Shown here in pieces: positions 50,105-59,804 of a DNA stretch of 64,000 nucleotides. The notes beneath the pieces are model-generated. The model worked only from the letters and a program-made list of their open reading frames with translations. It was not told where the DNA came from and did no database searches. The stretch spans positions 2,080,001 through 2,144,000 of the forward strand of contig CBDFIQ010000002.1 of NCBI GenBank assembly GCA_965248195.1, read 5' to 3'. The stretch is from Longimicrobiales bacterium (GTDB taxonomy: Bacteria > Gemmatimonadota > Gemmatimonadetes > Longimicrobiales > Gaopeijiaceae). The position numbers were made by a program, and so were the translations under genes. The stretch's first letter is position 1. Every line of letters begins with the position of its first letter.

Positions 50105-50122
50105 CGATTTCCGCGGAAATCG
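50105..50122. repeat. Palindrome CGATTTCCGCGGAAATCG upstream of the HNH gene
   Basis: Self-complementary 18-mer sharing the TTTCCGCGGAAA core. Confidence 0.9.
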
Positions 50123-50271
50123 TGTGTGCAACGCACGTGACCCACGTATCGTCAGGCAAGGCCGCTTGGACACACGGTCGCTTTGGCCACGGCCACCTGC
50201 ACCCTGCACCTCCGTTGCCGACCCGATGGCGCAGGAGGAGAGTGGATTAGAGCCTCAGCTCAAACTGCCGC

Positions 50272-51807
50272 TCACCCCAACCGGGAGCGATCCAGTAGAC
50301 GGTATTGGATGGCCTCACCCACATGATGGACACCCAGGCGATCCGCCCCTTCCAAGTCGGCGATGGTCCTGGCGACCTTGAGCACCCGATCGTGTGCTCG
50401 GGCCGAGAGCCCCAGACGGGTCATGGCCTGTCCAAGAATCCGGGTGGACGCATCGTCCATGGCGCACCAACGCCGGATCTCTCGAGATCTCATGTGGCTG
50501 TTCGCCCCTATTTCGGGAGCGCGGCGAAAACGGTGGTGCTGCCGCTCACGGGCGGCGGTAACACGGGCCCGAACGGTGTCGCTCGGCTCCGCCGAACCAG
50601 CCGCCCTCAACTCTTCGACCGGGACGGCAGGTACCTCGATGTGGAGATCGATGCGGTCCAACAAGGGACCGGAGAGACGGGAACGATACCGCGCCACATG
50701 AGCCGGATCGCACGTACACCGGTCTCCCTCTGCGCCGTACAGCCCGCACGGACATGGGTTCATCGCGGCCGCAAGCATGAATCGCGCCGGATAGCGTAAC
50801 GTCGAGCGCGCCCGCGCGTGGGTCACGACACCGTCTTCCATCGGTTGCCGAAGCGCCTCCAGAACGGACCGCCGATACTCGGGGAGCTCGTCGAGGAACA
50901 GCACGCCGTGATGGGCAAGGCTCACCTCGCCGGGTCGGGGAATCGCTCCGCCACCGACAAGCCCCGCGTCGCTCGCGGTGTGATGGGGTGCCCGGAACGG
51001 ACGCTCCGCGACAAGTGTGCCCCCGGCCGGAACCAGCCCGGCCACCGAATGGACCTTCGTGAGGTCGATCGACTCGGCCACCGTGAGCGGAGGAAGGATC
51101 CCGGGAAGTCGCCGGGCCAGCATCGTCTTGCCGGATCCCGGGGGTCCGATCAACAGGAGGTTGTGGCCCCCGGCGGCGGCGATCTCGAGTGCCCGCTTCG
51201 CGAACTGCTGCCCACGCACGTCGGACAGATCGGGTTGCCGGGCCGGAGGACGCTCGAGGAGGCGGGCCATATCGAGCCGAGTCGGCCCAATCGGGCTCCC
51301 CCCTGAGAGATGTGCCAACACCTCTCCGAGCGTCTCGCCACCCAAGACCTGCACCCCGTCTACCGCGCCGGCCTCTCGGGCATTCGCCTTGGGTAGTAGA
51401 AGCGTCGTCACACCCCGGGCCTGGCACCCGGCGGCGATCGGCAGTGCCCCGCGAATCGGCCTCAGGCATCCATCCAGCCCGAGTTCCCCGACCAGGCAAA
51501 GGCCGTCTACGCGCTCTTGGGGCACCACGCCCGTGGCTAACAGAACTGCCACCGCAATGGGCAGGTCGAAGGCGCTGCCCTCCTTGGGCATGTCAGCGGG
51601 TGCGAGGTTGACGGTGATCCGCCGGTGAGGGACCGGATGGTCCACGTTGCTCAGGGCGGCGGTGACGCGTTCCCGACCCTCTCGAACCGCGCCATGGGGC
51701 AGGCCGACGACCACGAATGACGGGAGTCCCACCGAGATGTTGACCTCCACCGACACCGGATGGCTCTCGACACCGGCGACCGAAGCAGACCCGACCTGCG
51801 CCAGCAT
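50272..51807 (-). CDS. comM: ComM/YifB Mg-chelatase-like AAA+ ATPase
   Basis: VNLAPAD..KEGSAFDLPIA, GPPGSGKT, PFRAPHH, GEVSLAHHGVLFLDELPE, SGPLLDRID, ARTIADL. Confidence 0.93.
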   Translation of the reverse strand: MLAQVGSASVAGVESHPVSVEVNISVGLPSFVVVGLPHGAVREGRERVTAALSNVDHPVPHRRITVNLAPADMPKEGSAFDLPIAVAVLLATGVVPQERVDGLCLVGELGLDGCLRPIRGALPIAAGCQARGVTTLLLPKANAREAGAVDGVQVLGGETLGEVLAHLSGGSPIGPTRLDMARLLERPPARQPDLSDVRGQQFAKRALEIAAAGGHNLLLIGPPGSGKTMLARRLPGILPPLTVAESIDLTKVHSVAGLVPAGGTLVAERPFRAPHHTASDAGLVGGGAIPRPGEVSLAHHGVLFLDELPEYRRSVLEALRQPMEDGVVTHARARSTLRYPARFMLAAAMNPCPCGLYGAEGDRCTCDPAHVARYRSRLSGPLLDRIDLHIEVPAVPVEELRAAGSAEPSDTVRARVTAARERQHHRFRRAPEIGANSHMRSREIRRWCAMDDASTRILGQAMTRLGLSARAHDRVLKVARTIADLEGADRLGVHHVGEAIQYRLLDRSRLG

Positions 51808-51975
51808 GGACTTCTCCCCCGTACGGGACACACGTCCCCGGAGGGGCACGTCGCCCTACGCTGATCGAGCTGGCGGGGCAGATCCATGCCGGGACGGGAC
51901 CCCTGGGGGGGGACCCAGCCGGAGCAGATCCGACGGCACGTGAAGCCAAGGGATCTGATCTGAGCCTTCACTGTC

Positions 51976-53676
51976 TCAGCTGAACAGCGGCGGCCTCCGC
52001 GTGTGGAAGTCGTTCGCGTCCTGCCAGGCCCTCGCCACCCTGAGCGTCTCAGCATCGGCCCAAAGCTGCCCGACGAAGACCGTGCTCACCGGTGTTCCAT
52101 CATCGTTGAAGCCGCTCGGCACAACCACGGCCGGGTGCCCGGTCAAATTGGTCATCAGCAGCTGGTCCGGGGCGCGCGTCGGCGTGATGAACACGTCGAT
52201 CCCTTCAAGCGCCGCCTCGAGCGCGCCCATGAGCATCGTACGGACTCGGTTGGCTTGGATGTACTCCACTGCCGGAATCATCCGGGCGACCCGGAACGAG
52301 TTGGGCCATGATCCGGGCGTCTGCCTGACGAGCAGATCGTCCCTACCACTCAGCGTCAGTTCGTCGAACGCGGCCGCCGCTTCCGCCAACAGGATGATTC
52401 GCAACGCGTCGAGCGGATAGTCCGAAGGAAGATCGATCGGCACCGGCTCGACTCCGAGCGAGCGGAGCGTCTCGAGCGCCGCCCGGTCGTGTCCAGTCGC
52501 GCGCTCAGCTTCGAAACCGCGGCCGAAGTACCCGACCCGGAGATCCGACAGCGGCCGTTCGGAGTCCCAGTTGAAGGGCGCCGTGCGTGCCGTGGGATCC
52601 CGGCCATCCGCCCCGTGGATGGCATTGAAGACCAGTGCACAGTCCTCCACGCTGCGGGCGATGGGACCCAGCTTGTCCATGCTCCATGAGAGTGCCATGG
52701 CGCCCGACCGGCTGACCCGCCCGTAGGTGGGCCGGAGCCCCGTCACGCCGCAACGCGTCGCCGGCGACACGATGGAGCCGAGCGTCTCACTGCCGATGGC
52801 GAAGCCCACGAGTCCGGCCGCGGTCGTCGCAGCCGAGCCTGCCGAAGAACCGCTCGAGCCCTGCTCGAGGTTCCAAGGGTTCCGGGTCCGGCCACCGTAC
52901 CAGTAGTCCCCCTGGGCGAGGGCGCCCAAGGTCAGCTTCGCCACCAGGATGGCGCCGGCCTCTTCGAGGCGACGCACCACGGTCGCGTCTTCCCCGATGA
53001 CCTGATCCTCGTACGGCTTGGCACCCCAGGTGGTGCGGAAACCCTCGGCCGCCAGCAGATCCTTGGCCCCCCACGGGATGCCGTGAAGTGGGCCGCGATA
53101 GGCGCCGCTCGCGATCTCACGATCCGCCCGGGCCGCATGCTCGAGCGCTCGATCGCTCATCAGTGTTATGACAGCCTCCAACGTCGGCCCGTGCCGTTCC
53201 AGCCGCTCCAGGTAGAGCGTGGTCAGCTCGGTCGAGCTCAGTTGCCGAGTCCGAATCAGCTCAGAAAGCTGGGTGACCGGCATGAACGCCAGGGTCTCCG
53301 GGTCCGCCGGCCGCCGCAGCCCGATGTTCCGCGTGAACCGGAACGGACGCGTCTCCGAAGGAAGGTCCCGTCCCGGAAGGGCCGGATCGAACTGGACCGC
53401 CGGCGGCACATGATTCGATACGGACACCTCACGCAGCGCCTCATACGCCTCCAGGTTCGAGTTCAGGTCCACGAGCATCATGTCGCGCTCCGCATCCGTG
53501 AAGTCGAGGCCAGCCACCGCCCCCGCGTCCGCTACGATCTCCGAGGTGATCTCCCCACGTGCCTGCATGTGTGCCCAGAGCACCCCCGGAAACACGGTCC
53601 CACCCAGACCCAGCGCGGACATATACGCCATGAATCCACGCCGGTCGACGGATGCGATATCTACGAGGATCTTCAT
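51976..53676 (-). CDS. Amidase-signature family enzyme with probable Tat signal
   Basis: DRRGFM twin-arginine-like motif; GIPWGAKDL, GSSGSSAGS, GSETLGSIVSP. Confidence 0.88.
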   Translation of the reverse strand: MKILVDIASVDRRGFMAYMSALGLGGTVFPGVLWAHMQARGEITSEIVADAGAVAGLDFTDAERDMMLVDLNSNLEAYEALREVSVSNHVPPAVQFDPALPGRDLPSETRPFRFTRNIGLRRPADPETLAFMPVTQLSELIRTRQLSSTELTTLYLERLERHGPTLEAVITLMSDRALEHAARADREIASGAYRGPLHGIPWGAKDLLAAEGFRTTWGAKPYEDQVIGEDATVVRRLEEAGAILVAKLTLGALAQGDYWYGGRTRNPWNLEQGSSGSSAGSAATTAAGLVGFAIGSETLGSIVSPATRCGVTGLRPTYGRVSRSGAMALSWSMDKLGPIARSVEDCALVFNAIHGADGRDPTARTAPFNWDSERPLSDLRVGYFGRGFEAERATGHDRAALETLRSLGVEPVPIDLPSDYPLDALRIILLAEAAAAFDELTLSGRDDLLVRQTPGSWPNSFRVARMIPAVEYIQANRVRTMLMGALEAALEGIDVFITPTRAPDQLLMTNLTGHPAVVVPSGFNDDGTPVSTVFVGQLWADAETLRVARAWQDANDFHTRRPPLFS

Positions 53677-53803
53677 CGGTCCCTCGCGAGCCTTGAGGAA
53701 AGAGCGGTGGGCCGGTATGGTGCGCCCGTATAATGCCGCCACGCAAGTTCGCGCCGGGTGGGTCGACCGGTTCCTGGTCAAGAAATCAAGGTGGGAGCAC
53801 TAC

Positions 53804-54931
53804 ATGAACGTCGCCGTTCTCGGTGAAACACATCCTGGTGAAGACCGGGTCGCGCTGATTCCTTCGAGCGTGCCCAAGCTTGAAAAACTCGGGTGCGAGG
53901 TCACCGTGGTGTCCGGAGCCGGCCTTCCGTCCCACTTCTCGGACGAGGAGTACCGCGAGGCGGGGGCGACGATCGCGCCGGACGTGAGGGCGGCCGTGCA
54001 GGGCGCCGGAGTCGTCTTGAAGGTTCAAGCACCAACCGACGAAGAGATTGAAACGCTCCCCGAGGGTGTCGTGCTCATCTCGCTCCTCTCGCCACTCACA
54101 CAACCGGAGTTGATCGGCAAACTGGGCAACGCCAACGTCACGGCCTTCGCTTTGGAACTCATCCCGCGGATCACGCGTGCACAGAGCATGGACGTCCTTT
54201 CGTCTCAGGCCACGGTGGCCGGATACAAGGCGGTACTCACCGGCGCGGACGAACTCGCCAAGTTCCTGCCGATGTTCATGACCGCCGCCGGGACCATCCG
54301 CCCAGGGAAGGTCCTGATCCTCGGCGCTGGCGTGGCCGGGCTCCAGGCCATCGCCACCGCGCGGCGGCTGGGCGCCAAGGTAGAGGCCTTCGACGTGCGT
54401 CCCGCCGTGAAGGAGCAGATCGAAAGCTTGGGAGCCACGTTCCTCGAGACCGAAGAGGAGGTCGCCGGAGAAGGAGAGGGCGGCTACGCCAAGGAGCTCA
54501 GTGAAGAGCAGCACCAACGCGAGCTCGAGCTCATCGCCGCGCACATCGCCGATACCGACCTCGTCATCACCACCGCCCAGATCCCCGGCCGGCCTGCGCC
54601 TCGGCTCATCACCGAAGAGATGGTGGACTCCATGCACCCCGGATCGGTGATCGTGGATCTCGCCGCGTCCTCCGGGGGCAACTGTGCCGTCACCCGCGAG
54701 GGCGAGACCGTCGAACGAAACGGAGTCAAAGTGATGGGCCCCGCCAACCTACCCGCCGAGATCCCAACGCACGCGAGCCAGATGTTCTCGAAGAACGTCG
54801 AGACGCTCCTCAAGGAGCTCGTCGCTGAGGGTGAGCTTTCGCTCGACTTCGAGGACGAGATCGTCGCTGGCACGTGCGTGACGCACGGCGGTGAAGTGCG
54901 GCACGGCCCGACGAAGGAGAAGCTCGGCTAA
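53804..54931 (+). CDS. pntA: NAD(P) transhydrogenase alpha subunit part 1 (domain I)
   Basis: RVALIP, RITRAQSMDVLSSQATVAGYKAV, GAGVAGLQAIATARRLGA, GEGGYAKE, VDLAASSGGNC. Confidence 0.95.
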   Translation: MNVAVLGETHPGEDRVALIPSSVPKLEKLGCEVTVVSGAGLPSHFSDEEYREAGATIAPDVRAAVQGAGVVLKVQAPTDEEIETLPEGVVLISLLSPLTQPELIGKLGNANVTAFALELIPRITRAQSMDVLSSQATVAGYKAVLTGADELAKFLPMFMTAAGTIRPGKVLILGAGVAGLQAIATARRLGAKVEAFDVRPAVKEQIESLGATFLETEEEVAGEGEGGYAKELSEEQHQRELELIAAHIADTDLVITTAQIPGRPAPRLITEEMVDSMHPGSVIVDLAASSGGNCAVTREGETVERNGVKVMGPANLPAEIPTHASQMFSKNVETLLKELVAEGELSLDFEDEIVAGTCVTHGGEVRHGPTKEKLG

Positions 54932-54949
54932 GGAGAAGCTCGGCTAAGG
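54914..54949 (+). repeat. 16-bp tandem duplication spanning the pntAa stop codon
   Basis: AAGGAGAAGCTCGGCT-AAGGAGAAGCTCGGCT-AAGG. Confidence 0.9.
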
Positions 54950-54985
54950 TACGTTCAGAACCCGCCGCCGCCTCAACCCTCCCCT

Positions 54986-55014
54986 TTGCCAATCTCTCCC
55001 CCGACCCATAGCCT
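54986..55014 (+). promoter_or_regulatory. Putative promoter for the serine hydrolase gene
   Basis: TTGCCA-17 bp-TAGCCT. Confidence 0.5.
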
Positions 55015-55101
55015 AAAGCAACACACGAAGAGCAGCAGCCCCGGGACCGACCCACGTCGCTCCCGTGGCACATCCAGTTCCGCCACCGACCGGAGCCGAC
55101 C

Positions 55102-56373
55102 ATGACCCGCGCACTCCCCCACCGAGCCCGCACGATCTCCCTCTTCGCCGCCGCGCTGATGCTGCTACCCTCCGCGATCGCGGCTCAATACGTCCCCGCT
55201 CGGGGAGACGGGTGGGAGACGCGACGGCCCGCAGAGGTAGGGATGAGTGAGTCCGGAGTACAGGCGGCCGTGCAATTCGCCTTGGCTCACGAGACCTCTG
55301 TGCCGCGAGACCAGGAGTGGAGCCAGAGCCAGAGTTTCGGCCGCCGCGAGCCGTTCGGTTTCGCCGTCGGTCCCTTCAAAGTCCGTAGTGGCGCGGCCGG
55401 GGTGATCGTACGGCACGGATACATCGTCGCCGAGTGGGGCGATACGCGTAGCGTGGACATGACGCACAGCGTGGTGAAGTCCTTCCTGTCCACCACCGTC
55501 GGACTGGCGGTTCAAGACGGCCTTATCGGCTCGATCGACGACCTGGCCCGAGACTACATGGCGCCGGTGGATCTTCCTGCTGGGGACGGCGAGCCGGGCA
55601 TCGACCGGGTTGCCTTCGGCGGGCCCGATGTCACGACCCTTTTCAACACGGAGCACAACCGTCAGATCACCTGGAGACACCTTCTCACCCAAAGTTCGGA
55701 CTGGGAAGGAACACTTTGGGGTAAGCCGGATTGGGCGGACCGGCCCGATGACGATCCCTCGACCTGGACCACCCGTGCGCGGCGGACTCCGGGCACGCGA
55801 TACGAGTACAACGACACCCGTGTGAATCTGCTAGCTCTTTTAACGACAAGCGTTTGGCGCGAACCGCTCCCGCAGATTCTCAAGGAGCGAGTCATGGATC
55901 CCATTGGTGCGTCACCGACCTGGCGCTGGTACGGCTATGAAAACTCGTGGATCACCCTCGACGGTCGGCAGGTACAGGCCGTGAGCGGAGGCGGGCATTG
56001 GGGTGGGGGCATGTTCATTCACGCACGGGACCAGGCACGCTTCGGGTTATTCACCCTTCGGAAAGGACGCTGGGGTGATCTGCAGCTCGTGGACGAAAAG
56101 TGGTTCGACATGGCCGTGACACCGTCCGACGCGAACCCGACGTACGGGTTCATGAACCACTTTCTGAATGTGCCCAACGCGGAGGGCCGGAAGGGTTATC
56201 CGAGCGCGCCCCGTACAGCATACTCACACCGCGGCAACGGCACCAACTTGGTCTACGTGGATCAGGAAAACGATCTGGTCGTGGTGGCACGTTGGATCCC
56301 CGGCGGGGACATCGACGAGCTCTTGAGCTTGGTCATCGGCTCGATCCAGAGGACGGCGGAGGGCGGGTCCTGA
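55102..56373 (+). CDS. Secreted serine hydrolase (beta-lactamase class C-like family)
   Basis: Signal peptide; SxxK (SVVK), HLLTQSS, YEYND, WGGGMFIHARDQARFG. Confidence 0.85.
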   Translation: MTRALPHRARTISLFAAALMLLPSAIAAQYVPARGDGWETRRPAEVGMSESGVQAAVQFALAHETSVPRDQEWSQSQSFGRREPFGFAVGPFKVRSGAAGVIVRHGYIVAEWGDTRSVDMTHSVVKSFLSTTVGLAVQDGLIGSIDDLARDYMAPVDLPAGDGEPGIDRVAFGGPDVTTLFNTEHNRQITWRHLLTQSSDWEGTLWGKPDWADRPDDDPSTWTTRARRTPGTRYEYNDTRVNLLALLTTSVWREPLPQILKERVMDPIGASPTWRWYGYENSWITLDGRQVQAVSGGGHWGGGMFIHARDQARFGLFTLRKGRWGDLQLVDEKWFDMAVTPSDANPTYGFMNHFLNVPNAEGRKGYPSAPRTAYSHRGNGTNLVYVDQENDLVVVARWIPGGDIDELLSLVIGSIQRTAEGGS

Positions 56374-56406
56374 CCCGGATCAGCCTCAGCAGACCCACCC
56401 AAGGCG

Positions 56407-57090
56407 TCACACGCTGACGGTCGCGGGCTCTTGTTCCTGTTTCATCATCCCCCACGCGGTCGAAACGGCGAGGAACGCCCAGAGAAGATCGAAGGGGCCC
56501 ATCTGCGCTGTCACGCGTCCCAGAAGCCCGACCTGAGCGAACGCGAATCCGGTAAACTGTTCGGCCAAGCCCATACGCTCGTCCTCGGTGAGCGTCCCAA
56601 GGTGCGTCGAGCCTGCAGAGACCATCTGCTCCCACAAGGCGTCGGAAATCGTGTCTCCATCGGGAATGGCGTCGTACCTCGCCTGGACGTCCTTCGGAAA
56701 GCCCCCGTTGAACTGCAGATCCAGGGTCACAGCCTGGACCATGAGTTCTTCGTCGGCCAGCACGTCGGCGAGGGTGCTGTTCCCAAGGACGAACTCTCCG
56801 ATGAGGACCCGAGCGATCAATAGGCCTACAAGGGCCAAGGCCGCCGCGGATCCGGCCGCCACCGTGTCCCTACGCGCGGTGGTGTGGGCCATGCCGAAGC
56901 CCACCAGACCTCCGAGCGCCCACGCGGCGTACCCGATCTCGTAGCCGGTCAGGGCCGTAATCATGGTCCACCCGATGCCACCGACAAGCGCGGCGCCGAG
57001 GCCGGCGAGCATCGCCGGAAAAATAGATTGGGAGGGTGCTACGGGCGCAATCTCGACCGCCCGATAAGTCTCAAGTGATTCCTGGTCCAC
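56407..57090 (-). CDS. Hypothetical membrane protein
   Basis: Several Gly/Ala-rich TM helices (GYEIGYAAWALGGLVG) and a C-terminal DLLWAFLAVSTAW; GAGGAGG upstream of the GTG. Confidence 0.75.
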   Translation of the reverse strand: MDQESLETYRAVEIAPVAPSQSIFPAMLAGLGAALVGGIGWTMITALTGYEIGYAAWALGGLVGFGMAHTTARRDTVAAGSAAALALVGLLIARVLIGEFVLGNSTLADVLADEELMVQAVTLDLQFNGGFPKDVQARYDAIPDGDTISDALWEQMVSAGSTHLGTLTEDERMGLAEQFTGFAFAQVGLLGRVTAQMGPFDLLWAFLAVSTAWGMMKQEQEPATVSV

Positions 57091-57253
57091 GGTCGACCTC
57101 CTCTGAACGGGACAGGTCGGTGGTAGACTCGACAGCCAACGACCGACACGGAGACAGAGAGCGGTCGGCGCAATCCGTCCTTTTCGACGCTAAAACGCGT
57201 ATTCGTTGGAGGGCAACACATTTTTTCGGCAAGCATCCGATGCGTGTGGCGAG

Positions 57254-57282
57254 TTGGCGCATCCGGAGAACCTGACTAGGTT
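57254..57282 (+). promoter_or_regulatory. Putative promoter for pntAb-pntB
   Basis: TTGGCG-17 bp-TAGGTT. Confidence 0.4.
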
Positions 57283-57345
57283 CCCCGGCATTCACCACAG
57301 CGGTTTTCCGCCGAGCCAGCGCTTACACCGAAATGGAGGAATCTG

Positions 57346-57624
57346 ATGGGCGAGATGGTCGTGGGACTGTACGTCTTCGTCCTCGCCACCCTCACCGGCC
57401 GGGAGGTCATCACCAAGGTGCCCCCGACCCTGCATACGCCCCTGATGTCGGGCGCCAACGCCATTTCTGGAATCGCGGTCGTCGGAGCCCTGGTGGTTTC
57501 AGCGCAGGTCGATTCCGGGATTGCGCGGGTCCTGGGAATCACCGCCATCGTGATGGCGATGGTCAATGTGGTCGGGGGCTTCATGGTCACCGATCGCATG
57601 CTCGAAATGTTCAAAAAGAAATAG
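57346..57624 (+). CDS. pntA: NAD(P) transhydrogenase alpha subunit part 2 (membrane)
   Basis: VPPTLHTPLMSGANAISG, NVVGGFMVTDRMLEMFKK. Confidence 0.95.
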   Translation: MGEMVVGLYVFVLATLTGREVITKVPPTLHTPLMSGANAISGIAVVGALVVSAQVDSGIARVLGITAIVMAMVNVVGGFMVTDRMLEMFKKK

Positions 57625-57647
57625 CGGCCACTCAGAGGAGCTTATCC

Positions 57648-59051
<1,404 letters not shown>

Positions 59052-59085
59052 CCCCTCCGAAGGGGAGGCGGGCTGGCGTTCAAGA

Positions 59086-59715
59086 TCAGCCGGGCTTGCC
59101 CTCGGCTGCCCACTCCCTTTCGAGCGCATCTAGTTGCTCTTCGACCTCCGCCACGAGCTTCGCGGTAGGAACGGTCGAGACACCACTCGCGTGGAAGAGG
59201 GCGAAAAAGAGACCGTCCGTGTGGCCGATGCTCGCATGCGTCACACCACTATCCAGAAAGCGGTTCAGCCGAAGCGCGTCGGAGAGTGAGAGCGCGGCTC
59301 CGTACCTCGCGGGCGGGGCCTGGAAGAGTATCCGCACGACCGCCTCACGCACGATCTGGAACTCTTCAACGATGTCGCCTGCGGCCAAACCCCTCTTGGC
59401 ACCGAGCGCCCCATAAAGTTCCGCTGCGCTCTTCCACACGGGGTCCACCGCAGATCGCCGGTGATCAAGAGCCCCCGGGATCATCTGCGTGAGGAGGTTG
59501 AGAAACCGTTCGAGAACACGCTCCATTTCCTGATCCATACCGACCCGATGCAATATTTCCTCGAACCAGTATCTCGCTAGAAATCCTCGCTGGACCTCGA
59601 GCCAATCTCCGAGGTGATGAGTTTCTGGAGCGGGATGAGTGCTGGGAGACGGATACGTACTTCTTGCGGGAGACTGGGAGGATCGGATCTCGGCGGGCTG
59701 AGCGAAATCCCTCAT
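59086..59715 (-). CDS. Hypothetical helical protein (possibly RsbRD-N-like / globin-like sensor fold)
   Basis: AAELYGALGAKRGLAAGDIVEEFQIVREAV pattern resembles RsbRD_N-type helices; recognised by eye only. Confidence 0.5.
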   Translation of the reverse strand: MRDFAQPAEIRSSQSPARSTYPSPSTHPAPETHHLGDWLEVQRGFLARYWFEEILHRVGMDQEMERVLERFLNLLTQMIPGALDHRRSAVDPVWKSAAELYGALGAKRGLAAGDIVEEFQIVREAVVRILFQAPPARYGAALSLSDALRLNRFLDSGVTHASIGHTDGLFFALFHASGVSTVPTAKLVAEVEEQLDALEREWAAEGKPG

Positions 59716-59804
59716 GTCACTCCATATGGAGGGAAAGGGTCTCCTGCGCGAACGCCTTAAGTTGGGTCATCGGGCCCCATATCGCCAGAGTATGGATTCC
59801 CGTC

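Noticed and set aside
49866..50250. Short ORFs upstream of the HNH gene
   Set aside because: They are open mainly because of the 21-bp repeat, occur in several frames on both strands, and lack an RBS or recognisable domain.
50272..51807. comM as an integration site of a genomic island
   Set aside because: comM is intact, and no integrase or duplicated comM fragment is visible in the window.
55036..55100. Minus-strand GGTGGCGGAACTGG...CCACGGGAGCGAC resembling a tRNA-Leu D-arm or a ZTP riboswitch
   Set aside because: No T-arm (GTTCRA) or acceptor stem, the riboswitch consensus is incomplete, and no downstream gene lies on that strand.
57333..57647. Apparent N-terminal extension of PntB / PntAb-PntB fusion
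   Set aside because: The extension overlaps pntAb in another frame; pntB has its own GAGGAG RBS and ATG at 57648.
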